Shown here: one piece after another, positions 18,465-27,637 of the stretch
Layout: every line of letters begins with the position of its first letter
Position numbering within the stretch: position 1 is the stretch's first letter
Source: Burkholderiales bacterium
GTDB lineage: Bacteria; Pseudomonadota; Gammaproteobacteria; Burkholderiales; WYBJ01
Assembly: GCA_022841915.1 (NCBI GenBank)
Contig: JALHQN010000010.1
Location: 101,426 to 165,425, forward strand
Direction: 5' to 3'
DNA: 64,000 bases
Notes under the pieces: generated by a model
The model's input: the letters and a program-made list of their open reading frames with translations, nothing else
Told to the model about the DNA's origin: nothing
Database searches by the model: none
Position numbers and translations under genes: made by a program

Positions 18465-18995
18465 TCAGGCGACCACCGTGCCGACGACAGCGCCCACGAC
18501 GATGCCCGCGACGATCAGCAACAACGGCGAGATGCCGCGCATGGCGAGCAGGAAGGCGGGTACGCTTCCCAGGAGCAGCGCCGGGTGCACCTCGACCACC
18601 GGTTTTGCGAGGGCGTACAGCGTGAGTCCGAGGAGCCCGATCGCGGCCGCGCCGGCGTAGGCGCCGAAGCCCTGGAACCAAGGTGTGCTGCGTACTCGCG
18701 CGATCAGCCCGGCGGCGGCACCCGCGAGCAGCACGGGAATCAGGAATACCGCTAGGGTCGATACGATTGCCCCGGTCAAGCCGGCGACTCTATAGCCGAT
18801 GAAGGGTGCCATGGTGAGCACAGGCCCTGGGGTGGCATACGCGAATCCGACGCCGACGGCGAATTCCTGCGGTGTGAGCCAGTGCGTCTCCGCCACCGAG
18901 AGGCGTTCGATCAGGGGAAGGGCGGCTCCGCCGCCGCCGAAGGCGAGCGCACCGACGACGAGGAAGCGCAGCGCGAGTTCGAGAAGCTCACTCAT
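18465..18995 (-). CDS. Chromate transporter (CHR) family protein, short half-size form
   Basis: FGGGGAALPLI ... GFAYATPGPV motifs. 176 aa, overlapping its partner gene by 4 nt. Confidence 0.85.
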   Translation of the reverse strand: MSELLELALRFLVVGALAFGGGGAALPLIERLSVAETHWLTPQEFAVGVGFAYATPGPVLTMAPFIGYRVAGLTGAIVSTLAVFLIPVLLAGAAAGLIARVRSTPWFQGFGAYAGAAAIGLLGLTLYALAKPVVEVHPALLLGSVPAFLLAMRGISPLLLIVAGIVVGAVVGTVVA

Positions 18996-19534
18996 TGCGG
19001 TCTTCTAAGACCCAGCAAAGCGCCCAAGACGCCCAGGCACACCACGGCGACAGCGGCCGAGGAGACTGCGCCCAGCACGAGGCCGGCGATCAAGACGGTG
19101 ATCAGCACCTTCCCCTTGGCGGTGCTGCGAGCCATCTTCAGCATGTTGGCCGCCAGGATGCCCACGATGGCGATCTGGATGCCGAGCATCGCGCCCCGAA
19201 CCGCGGGAAGGTCGGGCAGCGCGGTGAGTGCGGCCGATGCGGCGATCATGACGAGCGCGGGCACGGTGACAAAGCTGAAAGGCGCGATCAATGCTCCGGG
19301 CCATCGGCCGAGCTTCCAGCCGAGAAACGCCACCACCAAGACACCCGGCGAGCCGGGCAAGGTCTGCACGATCGCAAGCGCCTCGGCTACCTCACCGTCG
19401 GTGATCCATCCACGCCGTGCGCCCAGATCCGAGCGCAGCAGTGCCAGGGTGCTGCCGACGCCTCCGAATGCGAACGCGCCGATCTTGAGCAGCGCGAGCG
19501 AAAGCTCTCCCAGCGGTACGGCCTTCGATGTCAT
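18992..19534 (-). CDS. Chromate transporter (CHR) family protein, short half-size form
   Basis: FAFGGVGSTLALL ... QTLPGSPG motifs. Paired with 18465..18995. Confidence 0.85.
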   Translation of the reverse strand: MTSKAVPLGELSLALLKIGAFAFGGVGSTLALLRSDLGARRGWITDGEVAEALAIVQTLPGSPGVLVVAFLGWKLGRWPGALIAPFSFVTVPALVMIAASAALTALPDLPAVRGAMLGIQIAIVGILAANMLKMARSTAKGKVLITVLIAGLVLGAVSSAAVAVVCLGVLGALLGLRRPQ

Positions 19535-19818
19535 GCCTGCTCCTCCGTTCGCAGGACATTAGCACGACGGGGCAGCTGCGACCTCGGTGGCGATGGCGCT
19601 TGCGTGGCACCCGACGTGGTTGCGGTGCTTTTGGCCCCTGCGGCGGATCGATCCGATGCCGCGCTGAGGTTTCGGCGCATCGTCGGCCGTTCGCACGCGA
19701 AATGGATACCGGTGGTAATCTTTGGCGAACCGTCGCTCATCCGCCGGACTTGCGCGCCGCGCGACCCGGATCGGAAAGGCGCAGCGCTCGGTATTCGCTT
19801 CGGACCTTCACGCCCTGG

Positions 19819-21144
19819 ATGACCTTCTTGTCTTCATCCGATTCGAGTCGCTCGGCCGCCGTGCCCGGCATTCGGCTGGGCTGCATCGCGGACGACTTCA
19901 CCGGCGCGACCGACCTCGCGAACAGCCTGGTCCGCAACGGCATGCGTACGGTGCAGACGATCGGCGTTCCCCAGCATCCCCTCGGATTCGAGGTCGATGC
20001 CGTGGTCGTCGCCTTGAAGTCGCGCACCATCCCTGCGGCGGACGCCGTTGCGCAGTCGCTTGCGGCGCTCGACTACCTGCGGGCCAGCGGCGCCGAGCAG
20101 ATCTACTTCAAGTACTGCTCGACCTTCGATTCGACGCGCGAGGGAAACATCGGTCCCGTGACCGAGGCGCTCATGGCGGCCGAGCGTTGCGACTTCACGA
20201 TCGCCTGTCCGGCGTTTCCCGAAAACGGCCGCACGGTGTTCAAGGGGCATCTATTCGTCGGCGACGTGCTGCTCAGCGACTCGGGCATGCGCGATCATCC
20301 GCTCACGCCCATGCGGGATTCGAACCTCGTCCGGGTGCTGCAGGCACAGACCGCCGCGAGGGTCGGCCTGATCCCTTACGATGTGGTGGCGCGTGGCGCG
20401 CAAGCGATACGGGCGCGCATGCAGAGCCTCGAGGCCGAGGGCGTGAGGATCGCGGTCGTCGACGCGATCTGCGATGACGACTTGAGAAAGCTCGGGCCGG
20501 CGCTGCGGCAATTGCGGCTCGTCACGGCCGGCTCGGGAGTCGCCATCGGATTGGCGCCGAACTTCGTGCTTCAGCATGCGTCCGAGGCGGATGTCCTGCC
20601 GCAGCGGCCGGGGTTGCGAGCGATCGTGTCGGGCAGTTGTTCGGCGGCGACCAATGCGCAGGTGGGCGAGTTCGTGCGTCGTGGCGGGGCTGCGTACGCC
20701 CTCGATCCCCTCAAGCTCGCGGCGGACGAGCACGAGATCGAGCAGGCGCTGACCTGGGCCGCGCCGCGGCTTGCGACTGGCCCGGTCTTGATTTACTCCA
20801 CGGCGGAACCCGCGCACGTGCGCCACATACAGGATCGGATCGGCGCCTCGAGGGCCGGTGCGCTCGTGGAACAGTCGCTGGCGCAGATCGCCCGCGGATT
20901 GGTCGGTCTGGGGGTCACGCAACTCGTCGTGGCCGGCGGCGAAACCTCCGGCGCGGTGGTCCAGGCTTTGGGCGTGACCGCTCTGCGCATCGGGCCGCAG
21001 ATCGATCCGGGCGTGCCCTGGACAGCGGCTGAGGGCGCCGTGCCGTTGCTCTTGGCACTCAAGTCGGGCAACTTCGGTACCCCTGATTTCTTCATCAAAT
21101 GTTTCGCCTCGATGGACGACCATGAACGAAACCCGGCTGCGTGA
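19819..21144 (+). CDS. otnK: Four-carbon acid sugar kinase family (DUF1537; 3-oxo-tetronate kinase-like)
   Basis: LGCIADDFTGATDLANSL N-terminal signature. The start is uncertain: ATG 19819 is chosen and in-frame GTG 19861 is possible. The upstream part of track ORF 19528.. is unsupported. Confidence 0.8.
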   Translation: MTFLSSSDSSRSAAVPGIRLGCIADDFTGATDLANSLVRNGMRTVQTIGVPQHPLGFEVDAVVVALKSRTIPAADAVAQSLAALDYLRASGAEQIYFKYCSTFDSTREGNIGPVTEALMAAERCDFTIACPAFPENGRTVFKGHLFVGDVLLSDSGMRDHPLTPMRDSNLVRVLQAQTAARVGLIPYDVVARGAQAIRARMQSLEAEGVRIAVVDAICDDDLRKLGPALRQLRLVTAGSGVAIGLAPNFVLQHASEADVLPQRPGLRAIVSGSCSAATNAQVGEFVRRGGAAYALDPLKLAADEHEIEQALTWAAPRLATGPVLIYSTAEPAHVRHIQDRIGASRAGALVEQSLAQIARGLVGLGVTQLVVAGGETSGAVVQALGVTALRIGPQIDPGVPWTAAEGAVPLLLALKSGNFGTPDFFIKCFASMDDHERNPAA

Positions 21145-21754
21145 ACAGATCTGCCTGACGGCCAAGTCGCTCTACGACCGAGGCCTCACCCACGGCAGCA
21201 CCGGCAACATCAGCGCGCGCTGCGAGGATGGCTGGCTGCTCACGCCGACGGGCTCGAATCTGGGCGCGCTCGACCCGGCGCGGCTCTCGAAGCTCGATGA
21301 CGCGGGCAAGCACGTCGGCGGCGACGCGCCTTCGAAGGAGCAGTTCCTGCACTTGGCGATGTACCAGGAGCGCTCGCGCAGCGGCGCGGTGATCCATCTG
21401 CATTCGACCCACTCGGTGGCGGTTTCGCTGCTGGAGGGCGTGAACGTCGAAGACGTCCTGCCGCCGATGACCGCCTACTACGTGATGCGCATAGGTGCCT
21501 TGCCTTTGATCCCGTATTTCCCGCCGGGGGATCTCGAGCTTGCCGACGCGGTTCGTGCACGGGCGCGGCGCCATCATGCCGTTCTGCTCGCCAATCACGG
21601 TCCGGTCGTGGCGGGCACCGATCTGGCCGCCGCGAGCGATGCCGTCGAAGAACTCGAGGCGACTGCCAAGCTCTTCCTGCTGCTGCAGGGCAGCCGCATC
21701 CGCACGCTGACGCCCGAGCAATGCGCCGAGCTCAGAAGCAGGTTCTCGGTCTAG
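21122..21754 (+). CDS. otnC: Class II aldolase/adducin family (3-oxo-tetronate 4-phosphate decarboxylase-like)
   Basis: 210 aa with GSTGNISAR ... HLHSTHSVA class II aldolase motifs. Overlaps the kinase gene by 23 nt. Confidence 0.8.
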   Translation: MNETRLREQICLTAKSLYDRGLTHGSTGNISARCEDGWLLTPTGSNLGALDPARLSKLDDAGKHVGGDAPSKEQFLHLAMYQERSRSGAVIHLHSTHSVAVSLLEGVNVEDVLPPMTAYYVMRIGALPLIPYFPPGDLELADAVRARARRHHAVLLANHGPVVAGTDLAAASDAVEELEATAKLFLLLQGSRIRTLTPEQCAELRSRFSV

Positions 21755-21836
21755 TGTTCCGGCGTCAGGACATCGACATCGACGCTGGCCGAGCACAGCC
21801 TGTCTCTTGCCGTCGGCCGATTCTCAAGGAAACGCC

Positions 21837-22496
21837 GTGAGTCCATCCCGCATCGCGCTGATACACGCCACGCCTCTCGCCATCGAACCGATCAACGCTG
21901 CCTTCAAGGCGCTTTGGCCGCAGGCGACGACGACGAACCTGCTCGACGACTCGCTGCCCCCGGACCTCGTGCGCGATGGACGCATCACCGAGACGATGAT
22001 CGGCCGCTTCGTCGAACTCGCACATTACGTGCGCAAGGCCGGTGCGGACGGCATCATGTTCACCTGCTCCGCCTTCGGGGTGGCGATCGAGGCAGCGAAG
22101 GCGGCCGTGGATGTGCCCGTTCTGAAACCCAACGAGGCCATGCTCGATGAAGCCGTCGCGGCAGGCACGCGCATCGGCGTGCTGGCCACCTTCGAGCCGA
22201 GCATTCCGTCGTTCGTGGCCGAACTCGAAGCGCTTGCACAAGCCAGGGGTGTGCGCCTCGAACTCGACTTGAAGGCGGTGCCGGGTGCGATGGCGGCGCT
22301 GCAGGCCGGTCGCGCCGAGGAGCATGACCGCCTCATCGCGGCAGCGGCCGTTCGGATGAAGGCCTGCGATGCGATCCTGCTCAGCCAGTTCTCCATGGCG
22401 AGCGCGGCCGCGTCGATCTCGACCGGCACCGACTGCAAGGTGCTCACCAGCCCGGCATCGGCGGTGGTTCGCATGCGTGAATTGGTGGGCCGATGA
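21837..22496 (+). CDS. Asp/Glu/hydantoin racemase-family protein
   Basis: IALIHATPLAIEPI ... GADGIMFTCSAFG ... RIGVLATF pattern. GTG 21837 follows AAGGA; the track start is TTG 21807. Confidence 0.7.
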   Translation: MSPSRIALIHATPLAIEPINAAFKALWPQATTTNLLDDSLPPDLVRDGRITETMIGRFVELAHYVRKAGADGIMFTCSAFGVAIEAAKAAVDVPVLKPNEAMLDEAVAAGTRIGVLATFEPSIPSFVAELEALAQARGVRLELDLKAVPGAMAALQAGRAEEHDRLIAAAAVRMKACDAILLSQFSMASAAASISTGTDCKVLTSPASAVVRMRELVGR

Positions 22497-22515
22497 CCGG
22501 CTTCGGCATCCGGCG

Positions 22516-22845
22516 CTATGGCTCGCGCGCGAGGACGTCGAACACGATCTGAGTGATCACCTTGGTCGCATCCACCAGATCGCGGATGGCGACGTTCTCG
22601 TCCGCGTTCATGGCGTTCTTGCCGTTGCCCGGGCTGAACATGACCACGGGAATGCCCGCGAGCGCGTTGATCCACGATGCGTCGGTGCCGGCATCCTTGC
22701 CCGTGATGACAGGCGGCCGCCCCATGACCTTCTCGAAGGCGCCAGCCGCGATCTTGACGATCGCCTCGTCTTCCTCGACGAGGTAGCCCGGCCACCAGAT
22801 CAGCTGTTCCATGCTGGCATCGAAGCCCGGAGTGACGAGCATCGC
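22516..22845 (-). pseudogene. Truncated M20 peptidase (ArgE/DapE/CPG2 family), C-terminal remnant only
   Basis: Only the last ~105 aa of the family are recognisable (WWPGYLVEEDEAIV ... GTDASW ... MFSPGNGKNAMNADENVAIRDL). The N-terminal metal-binding half is missing. The residues upstream in track ORF 22516..22950 look non-homologous. Confidence 0.6.
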
Positions 22846-23095
22846 TAGTGCGCGTGGGAGGTGTGCCAGATTCCGACCGCGAAAGCGGCTCTGGTCGCGG
22901 GCACGCGGTGTGCTTCCGCTTCTGCTCGTATCGCTGCCGGCGCTCGCCATAAGGTGTTACGCTAGCGCCTCGCCGGAGATTGTCGTCAGCGCCTGCATTC
23001 GCCGACCGAGGCCTCGCTTCGATACCTTCGATACGTTCGTGCGAGGGTGAAAACATGTGTTTTGAAGACCGCTCGGCTACGCTAGGGTCGGTGAA

Positions 23096-23845
23096 GTGAC
23101 CAGCGCGGCCGATTCCCTGTTGCTTGCCGTCACTCGCGTCAGTACGTTCGTGGGCACACGGCTGCTCACCCACGCGAGCGGCTTCTTCTTCGAGCGCGAC
23201 GAGCGGCTCTTCCTGGTCACGAGCCGGCATGTGTTGTCTGATCCCGCCACGGGTCATGCACCCGATCGCATCGAACTCGAACTTCATACCGACCGCAACA
23301 ACCTGACCCAGTCGACGGGCTTGTCCATTCTGCTCTATCGCGAGCGTCGAGCGGTTTGGCGCCAAGGGCGCGATGCCGCCGGTGCCATCGACGTTGCAGT
23401 GCTCGAGCTCGATCGCAGTGCCCTGCCCGCCGCTGTCGCGATGTGCGCTTTCGGCATGCAGCATCTGCTCGCGACCGATGCCACCGTGGAGATCGGCGCC
23501 TCGTTGCTGGTCGTCGGCTTTCCGCTGGGCTTTCATGACACCTTGCACCATCTGCCGGTCGTGCGTCAGGCCGTGCTCGCCTCGGCTTACGGATTGCGCT
23601 TTCAGGGCGAAGGGTATTTCCTGACCGATGCGCGCACGCACCGCGGCACCAGCGGTGCGCCGGTCGTGATGCGCGCGCCCTCGGTGGAGGCGGCGACGCC
23701 CCGACTGCCCTGGGTGCTGCTCGGCGTGCATTCGGCGCGGCTCGATATGGGCGGGCGAGAGCTGGAGGTCGACGAAGCGCTTGGTCTGAACTGCGCTTGG
23801 TACGCCGACATTCTGCTGACTTTGACCGAGGATGCCTCGGTCTAG
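23096..23845 (+). CDS. Trypsin-fold (S1/chymotrypsin-like) serine protease, standalone
   Basis: Catalytic-triad context is intact: LVTSRHVL (His), IDVAVLEL (Asp), GTSGAPVV (Ser). GTG start, and no obvious signal peptide. Confidence 0.75.
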   Translation: MTSAADSLLLAVTRVSTFVGTRLLTHASGFFFERDERLFLVTSRHVLSDPATGHAPDRIELELHTDRNNLTQSTGLSILLYRERRAVWRQGRDAAGAIDVAVLELDRSALPAAVAMCAFGMQHLLATDATVEIGASLLVVGFPLGFHDTLHHLPVVRQAVLASAYGLRFQGEGYFLTDARTHRGTSGAPVVMRAPSVEAATPRLPWVLLGVHSARLDMGGRELEVDEALGLNCAWYADILLTLTEDASV

Positions 23846-24146
23846 ACGCACGCATGGCCTTCGCGGCGCGGCCCGCGCCGGCACCGCTCCCTGGGTGCCT
23901 CACGCCTGCCGGCACCGGTAGTCTTCTGCTGCCCCTTTTTCACGCGCCGATCTTCGTCCAGTGGCATTGCGTGCAATGACCAGCGCATAGCAAGCGCTGT
24001 TCGTGCCGCCCCGCGAAGCGCACTGGCCGAGCGGCCTAGGCCATCGGTCGGATAGTCCCCGACGCGAGCGCGGGCTACAGTCGACGTGTGTCGGCTCTGA
24101 TGCCGCGCTCGTCGCAGTCCCGCGACGTATCCTCGGGGAGGTGTGC

Positions 24147-24935
24147 ATGAACGAGAAAACCGCGGTGCCTCGGCTGCCGTTCATTCAGACGCTTCGTCTG
24201 CCGTGCTCGGCACGTGCACTGCTCGCGGCACAGCCCGGGCCCGTCGCTATCAACGTGCTGATTGCGACGGGCCTGATGCTGGCGGTGCCCAGACTGCCCG
24301 GCGCGGCCCTCATCGCGCCGCTCTTGCTCGCGTTCGCCATCGGCGGATTGGCGTGGATGCAAGGAACACAGGCCGCAAGGCCAATGCGGTTTCCCTGGGG
24401 TGGCCTGCTGCGTCTGAGCATCGGCTTCTACCTACTGCTGTTGCCGTTCGCGCTGATCATTCTCGCTATCGGTCTGGCGGTCGATGGCGGAAAGGGCGGC
24501 TTCCTGCTGCTCTTTTCCTTCCTCCTTGCGGGGCATTACACGTCGGTCGAATTCCTGCTTTGGTGGCAGAAGTTCACGGGCAACGTGATCATTTTCGCCG
24601 TCGTGTCGTTCGTCTGCCTTGCGCCTGCTCGGATAGCCCTCGACGGTCAGGGAGCGAGACAGGCTGTCCGGTACAGCGTGCGTTGCTGGCTGGGCAATCC
24701 CGTGGCGATCCTGGTCGTGGGGTTGATCGCCCTGGGGGTTCTGGGCGGTCTTGCTTGGGTCCAGGTGTTCCACTGGCACCACGGCGCGCCGGGTCGATTG
24801 ATGCTCTACGCGGCGATGGTAAGCGCGAGCTTGATCCTGATCACCGTCTTGACCGCATTCGGCCAGGGTCTGTCCCGCCTTGCCCGGAACGATGCCACCG
24901 CGGGGCAACAGCCCGGTCCGTCGCCCGTGGGCTAG
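24147..24935 (+). CDS. Hypothetical polytopic membrane protein (about 6 TM segments), no recognisable family
   Basis: ATG 24147 is preceded by GGGGAGG. There are repeated ~20-aa hydrophobic stretches. Codon bias fits the host. Confidence 0.55.
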   Translation: MNEKTAVPRLPFIQTLRLPCSARALLAAQPGPVAINVLIATGLMLAVPRLPGAALIAPLLLAFAIGGLAWMQGTQAARPMRFPWGGLLRLSIGFYLLLLPFALIILAIGLAVDGGKGGFLLLFSFLLAGHYTSVEFLLWWQKFTGNVIIFAVVSFVCLAPARIALDGQGARQAVRYSVRCWLGNPVAILVVGLIALGVLGGLAWVQVFHWHHGAPGRLMLYAAMVSASLILITVLTAFGQGLSRLARNDATAGQQPGPSPVG

Positions 24936-25020
24936 GCACGTCTTCCTCAGGGTCGCCGCTGGACCGCCCTCGGCCCACGGGCGGCGCCGCCGATCGCACC
25001 CACCTCCGGGGAGCGGGTTG

Positions 25021-26466
25021 TCACCCTCTGTAGCGAGCGATTGCTTGTGCCGGATCAGGATGTCTGGTGTGCCAGGGCGTGGCCAGTTCGTACGCGTGAG
25101 CGACACGGAACACGGCCGCCTCGTCGAACGGCTTGGCGGCGATCTGCAGCGACAGCGGCAATCCCGCCTTGCTGAAGCCCATCGGCACCGCGAGCGCCGG
25201 AACATTGGCCATGCTGAAGGGATAGGTGCCAATGCGCCGCAGCAGAATCTTGTTCGTCATGTCTTCCTTGCTCTCGACCGTCTCGCGCGAGGCGTCGATC
25301 AACCCCGGCGGGTTGAGGCTCGTGGCGGCCAAAAGCGCGTCGAACCGGCCGCAGGCGGCGAGGACTTCCCGGCGCACCAGCACCCTTGCCTGATTGGCTC
25401 GGGCGTAGATCGCGGCAGGGATGAGCGCCGCGGCCCCGATGCGTTGCCGAGTACCGACGTCGATCTCATGCCAGTGGGGCTTGAGCCATTTGTGCACGAA
25501 CATCGAGGCGATGTCCGCATCAGAAGTCAGCAGCTGCAGGGGGACGGAATATTTCGCACGCGGCAGCGAGACTTCTTCGATGGTCGCGCCCAGACCGCGC
25601 AGGTCGTCCAATGCCTTTTCCAAGGCGGCGCGCACTTCGGGGTGCACGCCGTCGGGAAAGGCCATTTCCCGCACCAGGCCCAGGCGCATGCCTTTGAGGT
25701 CGGGCGTGAGGGCGGCGACGTAATTCGGCACGGGGCGGTCCGAGCACAGCGGATCGTGCGGATCGACGCCTGCAATCGCGCCCAGAACCATCGCGACATC
25801 CTCGACTCGGCGAGCGAGGGGGCCGATGGTGTCGGCTGTCCACCCGTACATGACGCCGCCATGACGCGAGACGCGCCCGAACGTCGGCCGCAAGCCGACG
25901 ATGCCGTTCGCCGCGGCCGGGCTGCGTACCGAGCCGCCGGTGTCCTCGCCCAGGGAAAAACTGGTGAAGCCGGCGGCAGGCGCGATGCCCGAACCGCTCG
26001 AGGAGCCGGCGGGGTTGTAATCGAGGTTCCAGGGATTGCGCGGCTGGCCGAAGGGAAAGTCATGGGTGCCTCCCTTGCCGAACTCGTGCAGGTTCTCCTT
26101 GCCGATCAGAATGGCGCCGGCGGCTTTCAGACGCGCGATGCAGGTGGCGTCCTCGGTGGCGATATGGTGCCCGGTGGCGCGCGATCCCAGCGTCGTGCGC
26201 ACGCCGGCTGCATGCATCTGATCTTTGACGCCGAACGTCAGCCCATGCAGGGGGCCGCGATAACGGCCGGCTGCGATCTCCTGCTCGGCTGCGCGTGCCG
26301 CTGCCATCGCCTCGTCGGCGCACACCGTGATGTAGGCGCGCAGTTTCGAATCGAAGCGCTCGATGCGTTCGAGGCTGGTTCGCACCAGTTCCACCGGGGA
26401 GAGCTTGCGGTCTGCAATCAACCGAGCTTGCTCGGCGGCACTCATCAGAGCGATTTCGTCGGCCAT
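25021..26466 (-). CDS. Amidase-signature family amidase (GatA/AtzE-like)
   Basis: ATG at 26466 is preceded by AGGAG. GLTFGVKDQ ... NPAGSSSGSG amidase signature. The extra 173 N-terminal residues in the track ORF are unsupported. Confidence 0.9.
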   Translation of the reverse strand: MADEIALMSAAEQARLIADRKLSPVELVRTSLERIERFDSKLRAYITVCADEAMAAARAAEQEIAAGRYRGPLHGLTFGVKDQMHAAGVRTTLGSRATGHHIATEDATCIARLKAAGAILIGKENLHEFGKGGTHDFPFGQPRNPWNLDYNPAGSSSGSGIAPAAGFTSFSLGEDTGGSVRSPAAANGIVGLRPTFGRVSRHGGVMYGWTADTIGPLARRVEDVAMVLGAIAGVDPHDPLCSDRPVPNYVAALTPDLKGMRLGLVREMAFPDGVHPEVRAALEKALDDLRGLGATIEEVSLPRAKYSVPLQLLTSDADIASMFVHKWLKPHWHEIDVGTRQRIGAAALIPAAIYARANQARVLVRREVLAACGRFDALLAATSLNPPGLIDASRETVESKEDMTNKILLRRIGTYPFSMANVPALAVPMGFSKAGLPLSLQIAAKPFDEAAVFRVAHAYELATPWHTRHPDPAQAIARYRG

Positions 26467-26703
26467 GGAAACTCCTGTTTTCGCTCGCCCGGGCGCATTC
26501 GGGCGAACTGTCTGTAGGCGCCTGTCTAGGGCTCGCAGCTCTCCGCTGCCGCACCCTGCATTCTGCCAGCAATCGTGCGCGGGATCCCGATGCCGTGCGC
26601 CGTGTTCGACGACATCCTCGCCGGCGCGCCGACCGCCGGTGCGGTGCGATCTGTCGAAGCAGGTTTTGCGCCTGCTACAATCGTTCGCATTGCCTTCAGG
26701 AGC

Positions 26704-26904
26704 ATGCCCGTGAATCTCGACAGTGCACGAGTTCGTTCGATGGGTGAATTGATCGGTCTGGACATTCCCGAGTCGGATCTCGAAGCGATTACGCTGCGTC
26801 TCGACGGCCTGCTTTCGGCGATGGACGAGATCGAGCGGGAACTCGGCGCGGAAATGGATGGGGTCGACCCCATCCCGCCGGTGTTTGCGCGCGAAGACTG
26901 GTAG
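26704..26904 (+). CDS. Small GatC/AtzG-like (DUF4089-like) protein, tentative
   Basis: 66 aa from ATG 26704. The pattern ...IGLDIPESDLEAITLRLDGLL...DGVDPIPPVF resembles the small GatC-like partners of amidases. Confidence 0.4.
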   Translation: MPVNLDSARVRSMGELIGLDIPESDLEAITLRLDGLLSAMDEIERELGAEMDGVDPIPPVFAREDW

Positions 26905-27090
26905 TCGTAGTCCCCCGCGAACGATCGTCCGCATGCGCAGAGTGCGGCGCACGATTCTGGCTCGAACGCTTCGCGGCTGAGCCAAGTCGGTGCGCCGGCG
27001 GCTGAGCGCGCGTTCCCGAGTGCGGTCAACGGCTGGGCTGGCGGTTCGCCCGTGCGTTGCCGGGCGAAGTCTGGGGCTCCGGGGCCGCGC

Positions 27091-27492
27091 TCAGTCGGCA
27101 ATCCGCTGCCAAGTCAGTTCCTGATGCTGCATGACGCCCGCGAACAGCCTTCGCGGCGGCGCGAGCACCATCGAGCCGTTCTCGAACCGAACATGGCGCA
27201 CCTGATCGCCGCCGACACGGCTCGGATCCGAGGATGCATCCACGCGCGTCGTCAGCGTCTTGCCGTCGAAGGTGTAGTTGCCCGCGTAGGACATGAATTG
27301 ACGGGTTTCGGCTTCGGGCAGCGAAGCGCGACCGTCGCAGAGCACCGCCATCATGCGCCCGTCGGCCTGAAAGACCACCAGGCCCATCGCCGCCGGACCG
27401 AACGGCGGCGGCAGAAGGGCGCCCGCGTCGTCTCGCCCGAGGGTGCCCATCATGCGCCAGGTGCCGATGATGCGCGGATCGATGTTCGTCAT
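27091..27492 (-). CDS. Lipocalin-like domain protein
   Basis: 133 aa from ATG 27492, with IIGTWRMMG ... YAGNYTFDGKTLTTRVDAS typical of bacterial lipocalin-like domains. Confidence 0.6.
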   Translation of the reverse strand: MTNIDPRIIGTWRMMGTLGRDDAGALLPPPFGPAAMGLVVFQADGRMMAVLCDGRASLPEAETRQFMSYAGNYTFDGKTLTTRVDASSDPSRVGGDQVRHVRFENGSMVLAPPRRLFAGVMQHQELTWQRIAD

Positions 27493-27637
27493 GTCTTTGT
27501 CCTTGTTTGGTTGGTTACGGTTGGTCATTCGGCTTTTCAGTCCGTATTGCAATCCTCTGAGTGCAGAAACCGTGCAGACGCCCGAAGCGATGAAGACGCT
27601 GACTGCGCCAGCACGTGCGAGCGTCAGACGAGATCCT

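Noticed and set aside
23017-23034. Tandem 9-mer cttcgatac x2, and a nearby tacgctag recurrence, upstream of the protease gene.
   Set aside because: It is too short and has too few copies to call a repeat element or an insertion boundary. No matching copy was found at the other end of the islet.
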